The position numbers were made by a program, and so were the translations under genes. A model generated the notes under the pieces. That model did not search any database and was not told the origin of the DNA. It saw nothing but the letters and a program-made list of their open reading frames with translations. Of a DNA stretch of 64,000 nucleotides, positions 1-13,432 are shown piece by piece. The stretch's first letter is position 1. The number at the start of each line of letters is the position of its first letter. Source of the stretch: Takakia lepidozioides. Taxonomy: Eukaryota; Plantae; Bryophyta. Location: contig CM060734.1 in NCBI GenBank assembly GCA_030704615.1, forward strand, positions 30,380,001-30,444,000, in the 5' to 3' direction.

Positions 1-2678
1 TCATTCTAGAAAGCCCACCTCCTTCTTGGTCTTCTCTGCTTACGTCACCTGCGATTCCAATACAAGTTGGGACCAGAGGCCGTGTTGAGGTTTGCGTTGG
101 AGGAAAATGCAAAAAAGCAGGATCTCAACAGATCCTCTCAGCTTTTGAAGAAAACATTCCCGAGGGTAACATCTCAGTAACACCTTGCAAGTGCATGGGG
201 AAATGTAAGAGTGCAGCAAATGTCCGGGTCCAGAAAGAGGAAGTAGAGCCCCAGCTCCATAGTCATGTTAGTGTGGAAGATGTTAGCACTCTACTGGAAC
301 TGCACTTCGGTTTGGGCAACCCTGCTTCGGGCCTCCAGAGCCCCTCTCAGCCGTTGTTGTCCAGAGTAAGTCCGGTGACTGCAGTTGCATGAAGCTCATG
401 TTTGCAAATCTAGAATGGATTCGGCTCCAATGATACACTATCTGCCCTTCAGTGATAATGAGGCCTTTAGTTGGCATCATGAGTACGATACCTAGGAGTG
501 ATGTATTTAATTCTTCAGAACAGGTTACTCTTCCTTCAGCACTTCAATGGAGGTTTGTACAACATAAAACTTATATTGTTACAGTCCTGATTTTGCCTTC
601 ACCAATTTGGTGTGGAGTTGATAAAGCTTTTCTCTTGGTGTGTACATGTAATAGGATACCCTTCAATTTCTGATGAGTTTTGACGTCCTCCTCTGTCATG
701 CTCAGAGGTTAGATGATTGACAGGTTGGGCTGCAGTTCGAGTGTATGCTTACATAGCAGAAGACTCCCACAATCTGTCATATGTCTAAAAACAATTCTTC
801 TCATTTCTGTAAAGGGAATGGCCCAGGGAGTTCTCATGTTTGATCATGTGAAGAGCCCTTCACCTGCCGATAAGAACTGTTGGGAATTTTCTGCCACATG
901 TAATGTAAATGGAGATGGGCACCTTACAGAATTGGAAGTGAACTGATAATACAAAGGAAATTCCCAGTGGTTCTTTACACTTTGGTGTAGTGATTTGAGA
1001 ATCTCGCTAAATATTTGTAGGTGTGCATGCGGAATAGGAGTGGCAGTGATTGCCTAGTGAACAGGCTCTGTGGTTGTGCTGTGGTCCTGATGTATGTGTG
1101 ATCCGTAGCAAGCCCCATGACACAAAACATGTTGGCAGTGGTGACAAACTGCCACAACAGACTCTCCTTTTAGGCGTCCTACCTGGGTGCTATAATCAAG
1201 AGAAACTTAAACATCATAATCAAATGAACAGTAGTGTAATACAAACCACCTCCCAAAAGGTAAATTGTTTTGTTTTGTTCGTTGACATCAAGGCCTCCTG
1301 CCCGGGGTCTTATTACAGCTGGAAAGCCCTCAATGAATAAAAGGTGCATCCTGGTGGTTTCATAATTTTGGACCTTATAATATGTGAGATATTGAATTTT
1401 AAGTTTTTTTGTCACTGGAAATTCATGGGTTGTTATGGAAGATTGGCCCGTCAGTTGTGTGTTGGTACACATGGTCATAAAATGTATTCTATTTAACTTT
1501 GCCGTTTACATGTGAGCTCAACGGCATACGACACACTATTATATATGATACAATCTAAGGAGAACAACGGCAAAGTTCAGCGCCTTTTAGTAAAGCTCAC
1601 CGGGCCTCTGTCCCTTTATATGTATATATATAAACCCTTCTTGTCTCATGGCAATACAGTGACTCTCATTGGTTGAATTTCGTGGCTTGGCTGTTACACA
1701 CGATTTTCACACACGATTTTGTCCACAAAACAAGAGTGTCGAATAATCACTCAACGCCTTCTAATTCAGCGGACAACGCAAGCAAGCAAGGGGAGGGGAT
1801 GGGAATGTCCAGGTATGAGACGGTTATTAATTTTGTAGCAACGTATATATTCCGGAATGACATGGTATTGGTATACTGAAACGAGGTGAAATAACATGTA
1901 TGCAGGCTCATGTCGGTCTCAGTGTGCTCAAGTGACCAGAAGCGAATATTTAGTATATTCCTTGATTTGTTTTTTGATACTACGACGAAACAAATTGACA
2001 AATTGCAAAATTGTTCCAAAAGAGAAAGAAAGAGATATAATTAATTGCGGCAGACAGGACCTTGGGATGTGTTCTTGTGAGACTGTTGATAGATCCTGAC
2101 GCAACATAAAACTTATTATCTAGAAAAGCTGCCCTTGAAACTAGGACTCCGATCGGAAAAAGAGACGAAGGAGAAACGTCAATTGGACATACAGAGGCCA
2201 TTGAAATATTACCTAAAAAGGACAGAATTGTCGATCGGTAAATATAGCAAAAACTTAGAATGACAAGTGGTCAAACTGACTCGATATGATGCAAAATTGG
2301 GCATGCCTTGGACGGAATCTCACAACCCCAATGCTGATTGGTTTCGAAAGATAATTAAAACCCAAAATTGAAAAATATGGGAGTTTGAGTGAGGACACCA
2401 CATCAAAACCTACCATCACTTTTTTCTTTTTTTTTTCTTTTTTTTTCCTTGTTTTTTAAAAAAACACCTGGGAGCAACATATTTGTTATAGACACTACAG
2501 CCATGTGTAAGAATGATTTCTTATTTATAGTTTAATAAAAAAAACGTGAAAAATCCAAAAAAAACATAAATGAGGTCCCTATAGAATTACAGCATGTATT
2601 GAAAGAATTCAAATATGTATTTTCAAATGACCTATCATCACGATTTCCGCCAAAGAAAAACGTAGATTATAAGATTGA

Positions 2679-3403
2679 TGTTGCAGCCCTTTGCCTTGAG
2701 AGCAGGGGGTCGAGACACAAGAGGGGCTGCCCCTGTGGTGAGGGCAGTGGTAACAATAGGTAAGGGGGCTAAAGCATCCTTGAGTGCCCAAGGCACTCAA
2801 GGAGGCAAAGGCGCTCACTAGGTAGAGCCCCGCACACTGGGTTGCGGTGGTGGTGGTTCCACGAGGGGTGGTGATAGCTTAGTGGGTCTTAGTGGGGGTG
2901 GCATAGGACTCACCATGGGGCAGAGACCTTGTGGTGGGAGTCGTGGGGACTCTTGGGACTCATCACGGTCCAATGGGGCCGTGGTGGGTTGGCCAAGACT
3001 CACCGCGACTCATCACCGGGAATCGAGGGTCTTCGTGATGGTTCGCCATAAAATGACTGGGTTATTTGTGAAACCCCCGCGGACAGTCACAGAAGTATAT
3101 ATAGAGAGTAGTAACCCCGAGAACGGTACAAGCCCGTTGGTGACCAAAAACTAATGAGTAAGCGTGTGAGCCGGAAAACGACCAAGGTGTGGGGAGCTGT
3201 TCCGGACTGCCAACAATCAAAGGGAATTTCCACTAGGCCCAAAGTGAGCGAGGGTCTTATGGAGGAACAAAAGGGGACCGTTATGTCCCGGTGAGCAGCC
3301 GAAGCTCCGAGTTGGCCCGGCGGCCAGTTTGGGAGTTAGGCGCGCGCATCAAAGCGAGTATCTATGACATGAAGGGGAGCTTACCGACGTGAGGTGCGCG
3401 ACA
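2679..3403 (+). repeat. 5' LTR of chromovirus
   Basis: Begins TGTTGCAGCCC, ends GCGCGACA; direct repeat of 8972-9695. Confidence 0.95.
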
Positions 3404-3405
3404 CT

Positions 3406-3417
3406 TGGTATCAGAGC
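3406..3417 (+). promoter_or_regulatory. Primer-binding site (tRNA-iMet)
   Basis: TGGTATCAGAGC, 2 nt after the 5' LTR. Confidence 0.95.
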
Positions 3418-3457
3418 TTAGAGTTCAGTACGTGATCGTCTTGAGATCGGCCTCATC

Positions 3458-4713
3458 ATGGGGTCGGGCAAGACAAAGCGAAAGCAGAACGGCCCGAAAG
3501 ATGATGATCCCGGTAAGCCCGGTGGGGGCGACATGTCACCGAAGCGGCAACTGGAAGAGACGATTTATGGTTCTGAAAGTGAGGCCGCTCAAGAACGGGA
3601 GGAATTTGGGGAGTCGGAGCCCGAGGACTTCCCGGAGGCTCCGCCAGACCAAAAAATGTCTCCCATGCCAGCAGCCTTTTGGGAAGGGTTGTTGGCGTAG
3701 TTTGGCGGGACGTTGAAAGACGTGATGAGGGCGACTAATGTCACTTCCACTAAGGCTAAGTTTAAGGTTAAGCCTAAGGAACCCGACACCTTCGAGGGCG
3801 TCCGAAATCGGAAGGCACTCAACACCTGGCTCTTGGAGTTAGAGCAATACTTCCGGGCGGCCAAGTTGAGTGACGAGGATCGGGTGGAAGTGGCTCCCAC
3901 CTATTTGAGGGGCTATGCTCAACAATGGTGGCAGAAACGTCTTCATGACCAAGGACCAAACAGAGAAACCTTGAGCTGGAGTGGGTTCAAAGAACTTAAG
4001 AAAAGACAGTTTGTGCCCCTCAACGCGTCCTGACTCGCCCGGGACAAGATGAGGAATTTGAAGCAAACGGATGACATTCAGGGATATGTTTAGGCTTTCA
4101 ATGTGCTGTTGCTCGAGTCACGGATATGGCGGAACCAGAAATGGTATTCAACTTTGTGGCGGGACTGGCCCCATGGGCCAGGCGGAAGTTGGAGGAGAAG
4201 CCACCTAAGACTTTGAACGAGGCAATTGAAAGGGCTGAATGTTTCTCGGATGTCCCTAGGGGCGAAAGACAGGGTCGTACGGAGCTGAACCACAAGAAGG
4301 TCCGGCGGGAGGATGACTCCTTCCGACCGGAAAAGAAGTGGGATAGGCCACGCGGCGACAATGGCACATGGAAATCGAAGGGAGGGCCTTCACACGTCAA
4401 AGCGGCACCCGGTGCTCCAAAATGAAAATTAGGTGCGGCGGCTTATGGCGGACAGAAGGCGACCTTCGATGGAGTGTGCCTTAATTGCGGGGAGCCCGGG
4501 CACATGGCCAAGAAGTGCGCGAAACCTCGACAATTGAACATGACTCGGGCGACCACGGAGCTGTCCGAAGATTCCATTAGCCGCTTGGTGGAGGCGGTAG
4601 TCGCCAAGACTTGCAAGGTAGGTACGAAATGCATCTACAGCGGGACTGGAATTGGGGAATATTCTCTAGTATATACTTTGCTCATGTTTAATTTTGCATC
4701 TGCTCATGCTTAA
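3458..4713 (+). pseudogene. gag: gag of chromovirus (premature stops and frameshifts)
   Basis: KPKEPDTFEGVR..WLLELEQYF..YLRGYAQQWW; zinc knuckle CLNCGEPGHMAKKC at ~4477; stops at 3698 and 4031. Confidence 0.9.
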
Positions 4714-4787
4714 ATGTGCTCATTGCTCATAGAAAATACAGACCCTATGCCTGGATTTCTTTCAAGCTTTAATGTGAGTTGTATCAG
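4618..4787 (+). other. Predicted GT-AG intron joining gag to pol in frame
   Basis: AAG|GTAGGT donor, AT-rich 170 bp, TATCAG|GAG acceptor. Removal gives ..KTCK|ETGPLRKWSQLMFVRGIIFGTNVSLLVDTGAS. Confidence 0.6.
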
Positions 4788-7700
4788 GAGACTGGCCCCT
4801 TGCGTAAATGGAGTCAGTTAATGTTCGTGAGGGGAATAATTTTCGGAACTAACGTGTCGTTGTTAGTAGACACAGGAGCGTCCACTCCTTTATGACACCG
4901 GCAACGGCACGGAAGCTGGGGCTCCCGACAAGTGATGTGGGGGCCTCTATTGAAGTGCGTTCTGCCAAAGGAGAACCACAACTGGCGACGAGGTTTCTCT
5001 TCAGCTGGGGAGTTGGGAGGGAAGTGAAAACTTCACCATTTGCGAGATCGATGGAATGGATCTCATTTTGGGGATGACCTTTTTGAGCAAAATCCGGAGC
5101 GGTCATAGATGGCCGCAAGAGAATAGTCACGCTACCGTATGGGAATGGTGGCGAAGTTTTACGGGTGTCGAAAACGCCCAACCGAGTAGGAGGGTGAATA
5201 AACCTGCTGACAGCAAAGGAGTGGGCCGTGGAGGAGCCACATGAGCCCCAGTTTTTGCTTTACGTGAGACAAGTGGAAGGAGAAGTCGATAAAGAGCCCA
5301 GCCCAGATTGGATCAAAGGGATCTTGGAGAAATACCAGGATGTGATGCCGGAGGATTTACCAAGCGGCTTGCCACCGCGAAGAGGAGTTGACCATAAGAT
5401 AGAGGTGATATCGGGATCGGAGCCGTCTGCCAAGGCGCCCTACCGGTTGAGCCACAGAGAATTGGTCGAGCTGAAGGCCTAGCTCAAGGATCTAATGTTC
5501 GCAGACAAGAAGGATGGGACGTTGCGGATGTGTGTCGATTACAGGGCTCTGAATAGGGCGACTATAAAAAACCGGTACCTTTTGCCAAGGATCGACGACC
5601 TCTTTGATCGGTTGGCAGGAGCAAAGTATTTCAGCCGGATCAATTTGCGCTCAGGTTACCATCAAATCCGAGTGGCGGAAGGAGATGAGGAGAAGACCGC
5701 GTGCAGGACAAGATATGGTTCATATGAGTTCTTGGTGATACCTTTTGGGCTCACCAACGCACCCGCGACCTTTAGCACGCTAATGAACAGCCTTTTCCAG
5801 GAGTGGTTGGATGACTTTGTGATCGTGTACATCGACGACATCTTGGTGTACTCGAAAACAAAGGAAAAACACCTGGAGCACCTCAAAAGGGTGTTCCAGA
5901 AATTGTGGGAAGAAAAACTGTATGCCAAAGCCTCAAAGTGCGAATTCGGGGTCACAAAAGTGGAGTTCCTAGGGCATGTGATTACACAGGATGGGATCAA
6001 AATGGATGACAAAAAGGTGAGGGCGATCTTGGACTGGGAACCTCCGACTTCGGTCCCGGGAGTGCGATCCTTCCTAGGACTCGCCTCCTATTACCGAAAG
6101 TATGTGAGAAATTTCGCCAAGATCGCGGGGCCGCTGTCAGACCTTCTGTGTAAGTCCAAGATATGGGTATGGAACACCTTTTGTGGCCAAGCTTTTGCCG
6201 AATTGAAGCAATGGATGGTGGAAGCTCCAGTCCTGAAAATCCCGGAGTTCGACCGTCCATTTGAGATTCATACAGATGCGTCGAACTTCACAATTGGGGG
6301 TGTGCTCATGCAGGATGGACATCCAGTGGCTTACGAAAGTAAGAAACTGAATGAAGTGGAGCAACGGTGGCCTACGTACGAGAAAGAAATGAAGGCGGTG
6401 GTGCATTACCTTGAGCTTTGGCGCCACTATGTTGGTTCCAACCCAGTGAAGGTGTTCACGGACAACGTCACGTTGAAGTATTTTGCCACACAGCCTAAGT
6501 TGTCCCCAAAACAACTTAGGTGGCAAGACACTTTGGCAGTGTTTGACGTGGATATCCAGTACAAACCGGGACGGGACAACATGGTGGCCAATGCTTTAAG
6601 TAGAAAGCAGCAGCTCATGTTGGTATACAAGGGCGAGACGGCGCTCCAAAGGAAGATCCGGAAGGCTTACCAAAAAGATGAGATGGCGAAGTCCATGATG
6701 CGGGACTTGAGGTTTGGGGTTAAATTGCAGTTCCACTTGCACAATGGACTGCTCCGGTACAAGCAAAAACGTCTCTACATGCCGAAGGGAGGGATCAGAG
6801 ATAGTCTCTTGAGAGAATGCCACGATGGCCCGCTTGCGGGCCACGGCGGAGCCAAGCGCATCGCGGCACTTTGAAGAAAGAGTATTTCTGGCCCAAACTG
6901 AGAGAGGAGGCCGAGGAGTATGTTAAGACATGCACCACATGCCAACAAAACCAGAGCGAGTACAAAAAGCAAGCGGGGCTGTTACAACCCTTGCTTATTC
7001 CAGAGGGGTCTTGGGAAAGTGTCTCGATGGATTTCATGACTGCTTTGCCGCTGTCAAAATGATTCGATGCAATCATGGTGGTGGTGGATAGGTTCAGTAA
7101 AATGGGTCATTTCATTCCCACCAAAGAGACGACAACGGCGCAGGAGACGGGGCGACTTTACTTCGCCCACGTCTTCAAGCATCATGGACTCCCGAAGGAT
7201 ATTGTCTCAGACCGCGATCCAAAGTTTACAAGTAAATTTTGGAGGGCACTTTGGAAGAAAATGGGGACGGGGCTCAAGATGAGCACCGCCTTCCGACCTA
7301 CAACGGACGGCCACACGAAAAAAGTGAATTCCGTGGTGAAGCATATCTTGTGGAATTATGTGTCGGCAGATCAGTCAGACTGGGTGGAGCACTTGGATGC
7401 GGCAGAGTTCTGTTATAATAACACAAAACACTCCGCAGCGGGAGTTTCCCCTTTCGTATTGGTCTATGGAAAAGCACCTCTGATGCTGACAAGTTGGACC
7501 GCCCAGGATGTTGATGAACTGACAGCAGCCGCGATGCTGGAAGAACGCGAGCGTTTGTTGGAGCTCGCAAAGTTCAACATTGCCAAAGCTAGGAAACGTT
7601 ATGAACGGCAGGCGAATCGGAAGTGGAGTGAAGTTAAGTTTGAGGCAGACACAGAGGTCTGGTTGAACATCAAGAATTTTCGACTACCTCCGGAAATGAG

Positions 7701-8060
7701 TCCGAAGTTTGTAGGCCCTTTCGCATTCGAAAAGTTATGAATGAGGATGTGTATGAATTGGAGCTGCCGGCAAACAGCAAGGTGCATCTGGTATTCCACG
7801 TTTCCCTTTTGAAGCCTTACTTCAAATGCGTCTGAATCGGCATCAAGTGTTGCGTCCGCCACCTATGCTGTTGGATCATGAAAATGAACCTGAGTACGAG
7901 GTGGAGGCAGTGCTTAAGTCGAGGAGGTTCAAGAATCGAGAAACGGAGTATCTCGTGAAATGGAAGAGCTATCATCAAGTGGAGGCAACTTGGGTGCGTG
8001 CCTCAGAAATGGGAAACGGGTTGCAGCTTTTGAAGGGCAACCTCAAGAGCAGAAGAAGCG
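4788..8060 (+). pseudogene. pol: pol of chromovirus: protease, RT, RNase H, integrase, chromodomain
   Basis: LVDTGAS; [17 protein letters not shown]; HTDASN; [12 protein letters not shown]; SMDF..VSDRD; EYEVEAVL..YLVKWKSY..ATW (~7892-8000). Several stops and frameshifts. Confidence 0.95.
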
Positions 8061-8959
8061 TTGATGGGGACATCAACCTTGGATCGTGGGGGAGGAAATG
8101 CATGCTTAGTCCGGCTTAGCTAGCTCAGGAATCCGATTGCAAAAACTTGTGTTATACAAAATTTTGTTATAAATGAAATGGTTTCCAAATGTTGTGCTTC
8201 CTATTTTGTTTGGAATGGTGATGCATGGTATGGTTGGCTAATGTGTAGAATGCAGGCTAGCTTACAAAAGTGGGAGAGGTAAATTGGATTAATCGTGTGT
8301 TTGCACAGTGCCAAAATCGGGTGACTCCCATCCAAGGGACAAGGAAACTTGCGCCTTCTTTGGGAGTTCACGTGCTAGTGCGCACCTGGCGCGTGCGCGT
8401 ACTATAACCGCGCTACCGAGGGGGTTGTCTTGTAGTGCGGGCTAACGCGGAAGCTACGTGCTTCCGTTCACGTACTATAATCGTGTAACCTCGGGACGAA
8501 GTCGTAGTGCGGCTTCGGCGTGTTCCCGTACCTTAGGCCAGCATTCCAAGGCGGACCCAATTGTATTGATTGGGGCGCACGGTTGGTTCAAGGTTATCTT
8601 CCTAGTCAAAAAAAAAGTTCAAGGTGAACCCTTGCTCAAGGTGATGCCAAAAAATGGCATCATGAGCGGTCGCAAGCAATGTTGTTGCAGTAAGGCGATT
8701 CGATCCTCGGGGAGGATCGTTCCTTGGCGTTGAAGTGGGCCAAGAAGAGTACCTAGGAGGAGCTCGAGAGGCTCCACCTTTGGCCGAGACTTGGAGGAAG
8801 TCGGCCGAATTAGCTAGTGGAGAGTAGAGTCAAGTGGGGATTTGGTTCTTTGCCATGGGACGCCATGGTACGGATACAAACTCCTTGATGTGGGACGCCA
8901 CAACTTGGATGTTAGTTTCTACAAAATGGACAAGTCGATGAGGACATCGACTCCTTGTT

Positions 8960-8971
8960 GGTAGGGGTGTA
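8960..8971 (+). promoter_or_regulatory. Polypurine tract of chromovirus
   Basis: GGTAGGGGTGTA immediately before the 3' LTR. Confidence 0.7.
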
Positions 8972-9695
8972 TGTCGCGGCCCTTTGCCTTGAGGGCAGGG
9001 GGTCGGGACACAAGAGGGTCTGCCCCTGTGGTGGGGGCAGTGGCAACAATAGGTACGGGGGCTGAAGTACCCTTGAGTTCCCAAGGCACTCAAGGAGGCA
9101 GAGGCGCTCACTAGGTGGAGCCCCGCACACCGGGTTGCGGTGGGGGTGGTTCCACGAGGGGTGGTGGTAGCTTAGTGGGTCTTAGTGGGGGTGGCATAGG
9201 ACTCACCATGGGGCAGAGACCTTGTGGTGGGAGTCGTGGGGACTCTTGGGACTCATCACGGTCCAATGGGGCCGTGGTGGGTGGGCCAAGACTCACTGCG
9301 ACTCATCACCGGAATCGAGGGTCTTCGTGGTGGTTCGCCATAAAATGACTGGGTTGTTTGTGAAACCCCCACGGACAGTCACAGAAGTATATATAGGGAA
9401 TAATAACCCCGAGATTGGTGCAAGCCCGTTGGTGACCAAAAACTAGTGAGTAAGCGTGTGAGCCGGAAAGCGACCAAGGTGTGGGGAGCTGTTCCGGACT
9501 GCCAACAACCAAAGGGAATTTCCACTAGGCCCAAAGTGAGCGAGGGTCTTGTGGAGGAACAAAGGGGGACCGTTATGTTCCGGTGAGTAGCCGAAGCTCC
9601 GAGTTGACCCGACGGCCAGTTTGGGAGTTAGGCGCGCGCATCAAATCGAGTATCTATGACATGAAGGGGAGCTTACCGAAGTGAGGTGCGCGACT
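8972..9695 (+). repeat. 3' LTR of chromovirus
   Basis: Begins TGTCGCGGCCC, ends GCGCGACT, followed by TSD ATTGA. Confidence 0.95.
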
Positions 9696-9756
9696 ATTGA
9701 GGTTGTTCCAAGTAGTCCTCTTGTATAGAACGTCGGTGTGATTTGTGAAAAAAAAA

Positions 9757-10075
9757 TGCGTCAATGAGAGCTTCCTTGACGCTCTCGCTGCCAGGGCGAA
9801 GAAGGTGGCACACAGCAAGTCTCTGGCGGAGCAGAAGGGGAAAGCCAAGAAGAGGGCTGCCGGTACAGAGCCTAAAGACACCCCTGGTTTTGAAGCCATG
9901 ATGGAATTCTTCACAGTTGTGAGCACGGATTGCAAGAGCACTCGAGGGGCGGGGGGGGGGGGGGGGGGGGGGGGGGGTGAGGTGGAGAGAGCTTGCGATG
10001 GATGGTGTGCCCAACTGGAACAGGTTTACTGAGGACTACTGGAAAGTCGGGTTTGGGCTGGCGGGGATGCTCCTG
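9757..10075. other. Unidentified ~320-bp insertion with a poly-G tract inside the old element's RT
   Basis: Separates the RT peptide ..VKKK | DGTIR..; G-run at ~9951-9977. Confidence 0.55.
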
Positions 10076-10719
10076 GATGGCACAATTCGGAGGTACATTA
10101 ATTATCGAATACTTAACCAACAGACAGTGAAGAATAAGTAGCTATTACCACGCATTGACGATCTATTTGATCAACTGTGGGGAGCAAAATACTTTACGAA
10201 GCTGGAAGAGTAGATACAACCAAATTTGAATGGTTGATAAAAATTTATATAAGACCATCTTCCGTACTAGGTATGGACATTTTGAATACATGGTTGTGTC
10301 ATTTGGTCTCACCAATGCCCAAGCTATACATTCATGGGCCTCATGAATGAAATCTTCTGCCCATTCTTAGATAGATTTGTTTTAGTTTTTTTAGATGATA
10401 TTTTGATCTAGAGTAAGAGTTTTGTCGAGCATAGAAATCACCTCAAATAAATGTTCTAAGTTCTCCGTGAGAATCAGTTATATGCCAAAATATCTAAATA
10501 TGAGTTTAGAATACAAGAAGTCGATTATTTTGGACGCGTGAGTATGAAGGGAATTGAGGTGATAAGTGAGATGATGAATATAATTTGAAAATAAATTTTT
10601 GGAGGAATTGCGCCTCACTACGTGGCGAGGCGCGGGACGGCTATCACGATTATTTATTTATTTTTAATGTTAAAAAAATATTTTGAGGAATTGCGCCTCA
10701 CCACGTGGCGCAGCGCGGA

Positions 10720-11213
10720 AATACATATCCATACGTAAGTGTCATGTAAGCAGATACATATCTGACTGCATAGGACCCACCCCCGAAAAGGGGCAGTAGC
10801 CATGAGGTGAAGTGACTCGGATCTAAATAATACAAGTTTTGAGATGGTTCAAATGCCATAGTCATTGTTGAGATTATGGTACCAACATCAATCCATTACG
10901 TATCACTGAAATCATATTTCAACTTTATGTGACCTCTACCTGATCTCATCCTGATGGATTAGAATTGGATGTAATATGAGAAATTTCACAAGGATGGATA
11001 CATTATACTGTAGATAAAACCCTTTATTACATTAACTTTTTAAGTAAAACTCTGGATTTTTTGTAACATTATTTTTAAAAATACTGGGTGAAAAGATATT
11101 GCCCTACCATATTTTCTAAGTAAAACTTTTCTAAAATTTACCTCAAAAAAATAGATTACACCCTATATTTGTTCTCACGTGGTTTTGAAAATACGGGGAT
11201 TGACCTCCCCAAG
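10720..11213 (-). mobile_element. Partial copy of the non-autonomous hAT-like element at 37077-37878
   Basis: Reverse complement matches 37077-37350 and 37460-37580; shares the terminus CTTGGGG(A/G)GGTCA. Left boundary approximate. Confidence 0.75.
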
Positions 11214-11223
11214 CACAAACTGC

Positions 11224-11860
11224 CACTACAAGAAAATTTGGTTTTTTATGATTGCATTTAAGAGCCGGGTTCCATGGGCACTCCCATACGCCCCCCCAAG
11301 CAAGCGCTCCAGGATGGAATCGCTATTTAAAAATGAGAAAGGGTGGTTCCACACCTTTCCATTCACCCCTCTAGAAATCTTGGCACCAATTGCCATGTGG
11401 GCCCATGATATAGTAAATGATAATTAATATAAGTTTTGGATGAAGATGTCAAAAATCATTTCCTCTCCTAAAATCTACCTTACTTTGGATGGAAATCAAT
11501 AGCATTCTGTAAGCTACAGGCCCTGTTGTATGAAAAAACAAAGGTGTCAGTAAAGGATGCCGCGAAACTCGATCCCTCCTTGTGAAGGGACATCTTTTTT
11601 GCGCCCCTTCGCAAGGGACGATTCCGTGATGGCGCCTCTTAGGGAATATTCTATTTCAACCAATAACGTCTCGTTAATCCTGGGGGCGATTCACAGGGGA
11701 GACGCTTGCAACTACCCATGGAACCCGGCTCTAAGTGATATATATGACTACATGACTATGCTGTCACAAAAGCCCTCTCATCTCGGACATTCTGTCATAT
11801 CTGCCATTAAGTCATATATGCAGTCAGGAGAGAGAGAAGACTCCGGCAAAAACCGGCGTG
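11224..11860 (+). mobile_element. CACTA-type terminal fragment (interrupted by a Tourist MITE)
   Basis: Canonical En/Spm terminus CACTACAAGAAAA at 11224-11236; partner end not found. Confidence 0.55.
11262..11731. mobile_element. PIF/Harbinger (Tourist-like) MITE, 470 bp
   Basis: 17-bp TIR GAGCCGGGTTCCATGGG / CCCATGGAACCCGGCTC; TSD TAA at 11259-11261 and 11732-11734. Confidence 0.9.
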
Positions 11861-13122
11861 AATAACCCCTGAAGACATTGCTCAATTAAGGAGTTTTTTG
11901 GCCCTTACGAGATTCTACCGACGATTTGTACGGGCATTCTCAAAGATCACCCAACCATTGACAAATCTTTTGGGCAAAATAGTTAGATGGAAGTGGGCTA
12001 CAAAAGATGAGTTAGCATTTCAAACCTTGAAAGGATGCGTTGCTTCGTGGGCCCCAATCTTGAAATGGTACGATCCGACCAGACTAATCAAACTCTCGAT
12101 AGATATGTCAGACTTAATAGTGGGTTTGGTGTTACAACAAGAATGGGAAGACGGATAAGATCCAGTGATATATTTTTCTTGTAAATTGTTATTTGTGGAA
12201 CATAATTACCATATAACCGAGTGAGAAGAATTGGATATTGTTCTGGCTACAAAACATTGGAGGCACTATCCTTGAGACAAAGAGTTCGTAATGGAAACAG
12301 ACCATACACCTGTTAGTGAATTTGAAGACACAAATAAATCTATCGAAAAGACAAATTCGTTGGGTTAGGTGGCGACAACAATTTAATATGAAGATCATCT
12401 ATGTGAGGATAAACGACAATTAGCTTATGCAATGACAAGGATATCACACATAAAAGAATGACAGAGGTTAGTATTCAACTGGAGCGGTGGAACATGATGG
12501 CCAAGACTTCTAAAGATGACGGGGACATCGCGGACGCTAAGAATAAGAGCAAACTTGATAAAGAAGTTCGAGGGTTAATTTTTCAGGAAGTTGAACTTTG
12601 GATCCATGATGAACCTTAACTAAAGATAGAAATTTGGTTTGAAGCTTATGAAACGACAATAGCATGATATGTTGAAGTTAAAAAAACATTCGAACAACTT
12701 AAGCGAACATTTTATTGGCCACGGATGCGAGACGAGGTGGAGGCGTGTATTCGGAGTTGCATGAAATGTCAACAAAATAAGTCAATAAACCTCAAGCCAG
12801 CAAGTCTTTTACACCCACTACCAGTACCAAACAGACGGTGGGACCATGTGAGCATGGATAGAGTTTGTGAGTTGTTTCATACATCATCGGGATATGATGC
12901 TATAGTGATCTTTGTAGACAAATTGAGTAAGATGATACATATATGTCCCATTACAAAGTCTGTCACCGCACTTCAGTTAACTCGAATATATCTCGAAAGA
13001 ATCTATTTTCAACATGGGCTATACTAAAGTCTTAATTACTGATAGGAATACCCAATTTACTAGCTTGTTTTTGAAAAACCATTTGGTTTTTTTAAAACCA
13101 AATTAGTTGTGTCCACGACGTA

Positions 13123-13432
13123 TGTCAAGTTATTTTACCACTAGTGTGAAACTAGCTAGGAAATAGTTAGTTTTGATATATTGACATTTGGGATTGATTC
13201 AAGTGTCAATCCAGGGCCCAATGTATGTTTGGGCACCTGGCGTGGTTATCTTTACGGCAGATCGCAGTGGGCTCATCTTTCTCGAGTTGAGCCTCACCGC
13301 GTCTAGCTATGGCGCCGTAGTGTGGATTCCCCATGGCGTGGGGTGCACTTGGCTCGATTTGTATTTGAGTGATGATCTATACATGCATCAGTTTGTGTGA
13401 GATATGTGAGCTTGTATCATTCTTGTTTATCA
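13123..13432 (+). repeat. Repeat A1 of copy a
   Basis: TGTCAAGTTATTTTACC...GTTTATCA; repeated at 15596, 39711 and (minus strand) 21165 and 31398. Confidence 0.9.

Larger units (their letters stand above)
2679..9695 (+). mobile_element. Full-length Ty3/gypsy chromovirus LTR retrotransposon (Galadriel-like by recall), decayed
   Basis: Two ~725-bp LTRs, 5-bp TSD ATTGA (2674-2678 and 9696-9700), tRNA-iMet PBS, PPT, and gag-PR-RT-RH-IN-chromodomain order. The lineage name comes from remembered RNase H similarity ([21 protein letters not shown]), not from a search. Confidence 0.95.

Noticed and set aside
1-1480. Short ORFs (195-392, 1050-1340) as host exons
   Set aside because: No recognisable domain; 195-392 might be a last exon but cannot be supported.
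1490-1880. 5' LTR and PBS of the old container element (..AATGACA TGGTAT at ~1856-1868)
   Set aside because: Plausible, but no matching 3' LTR was seen after 40756.
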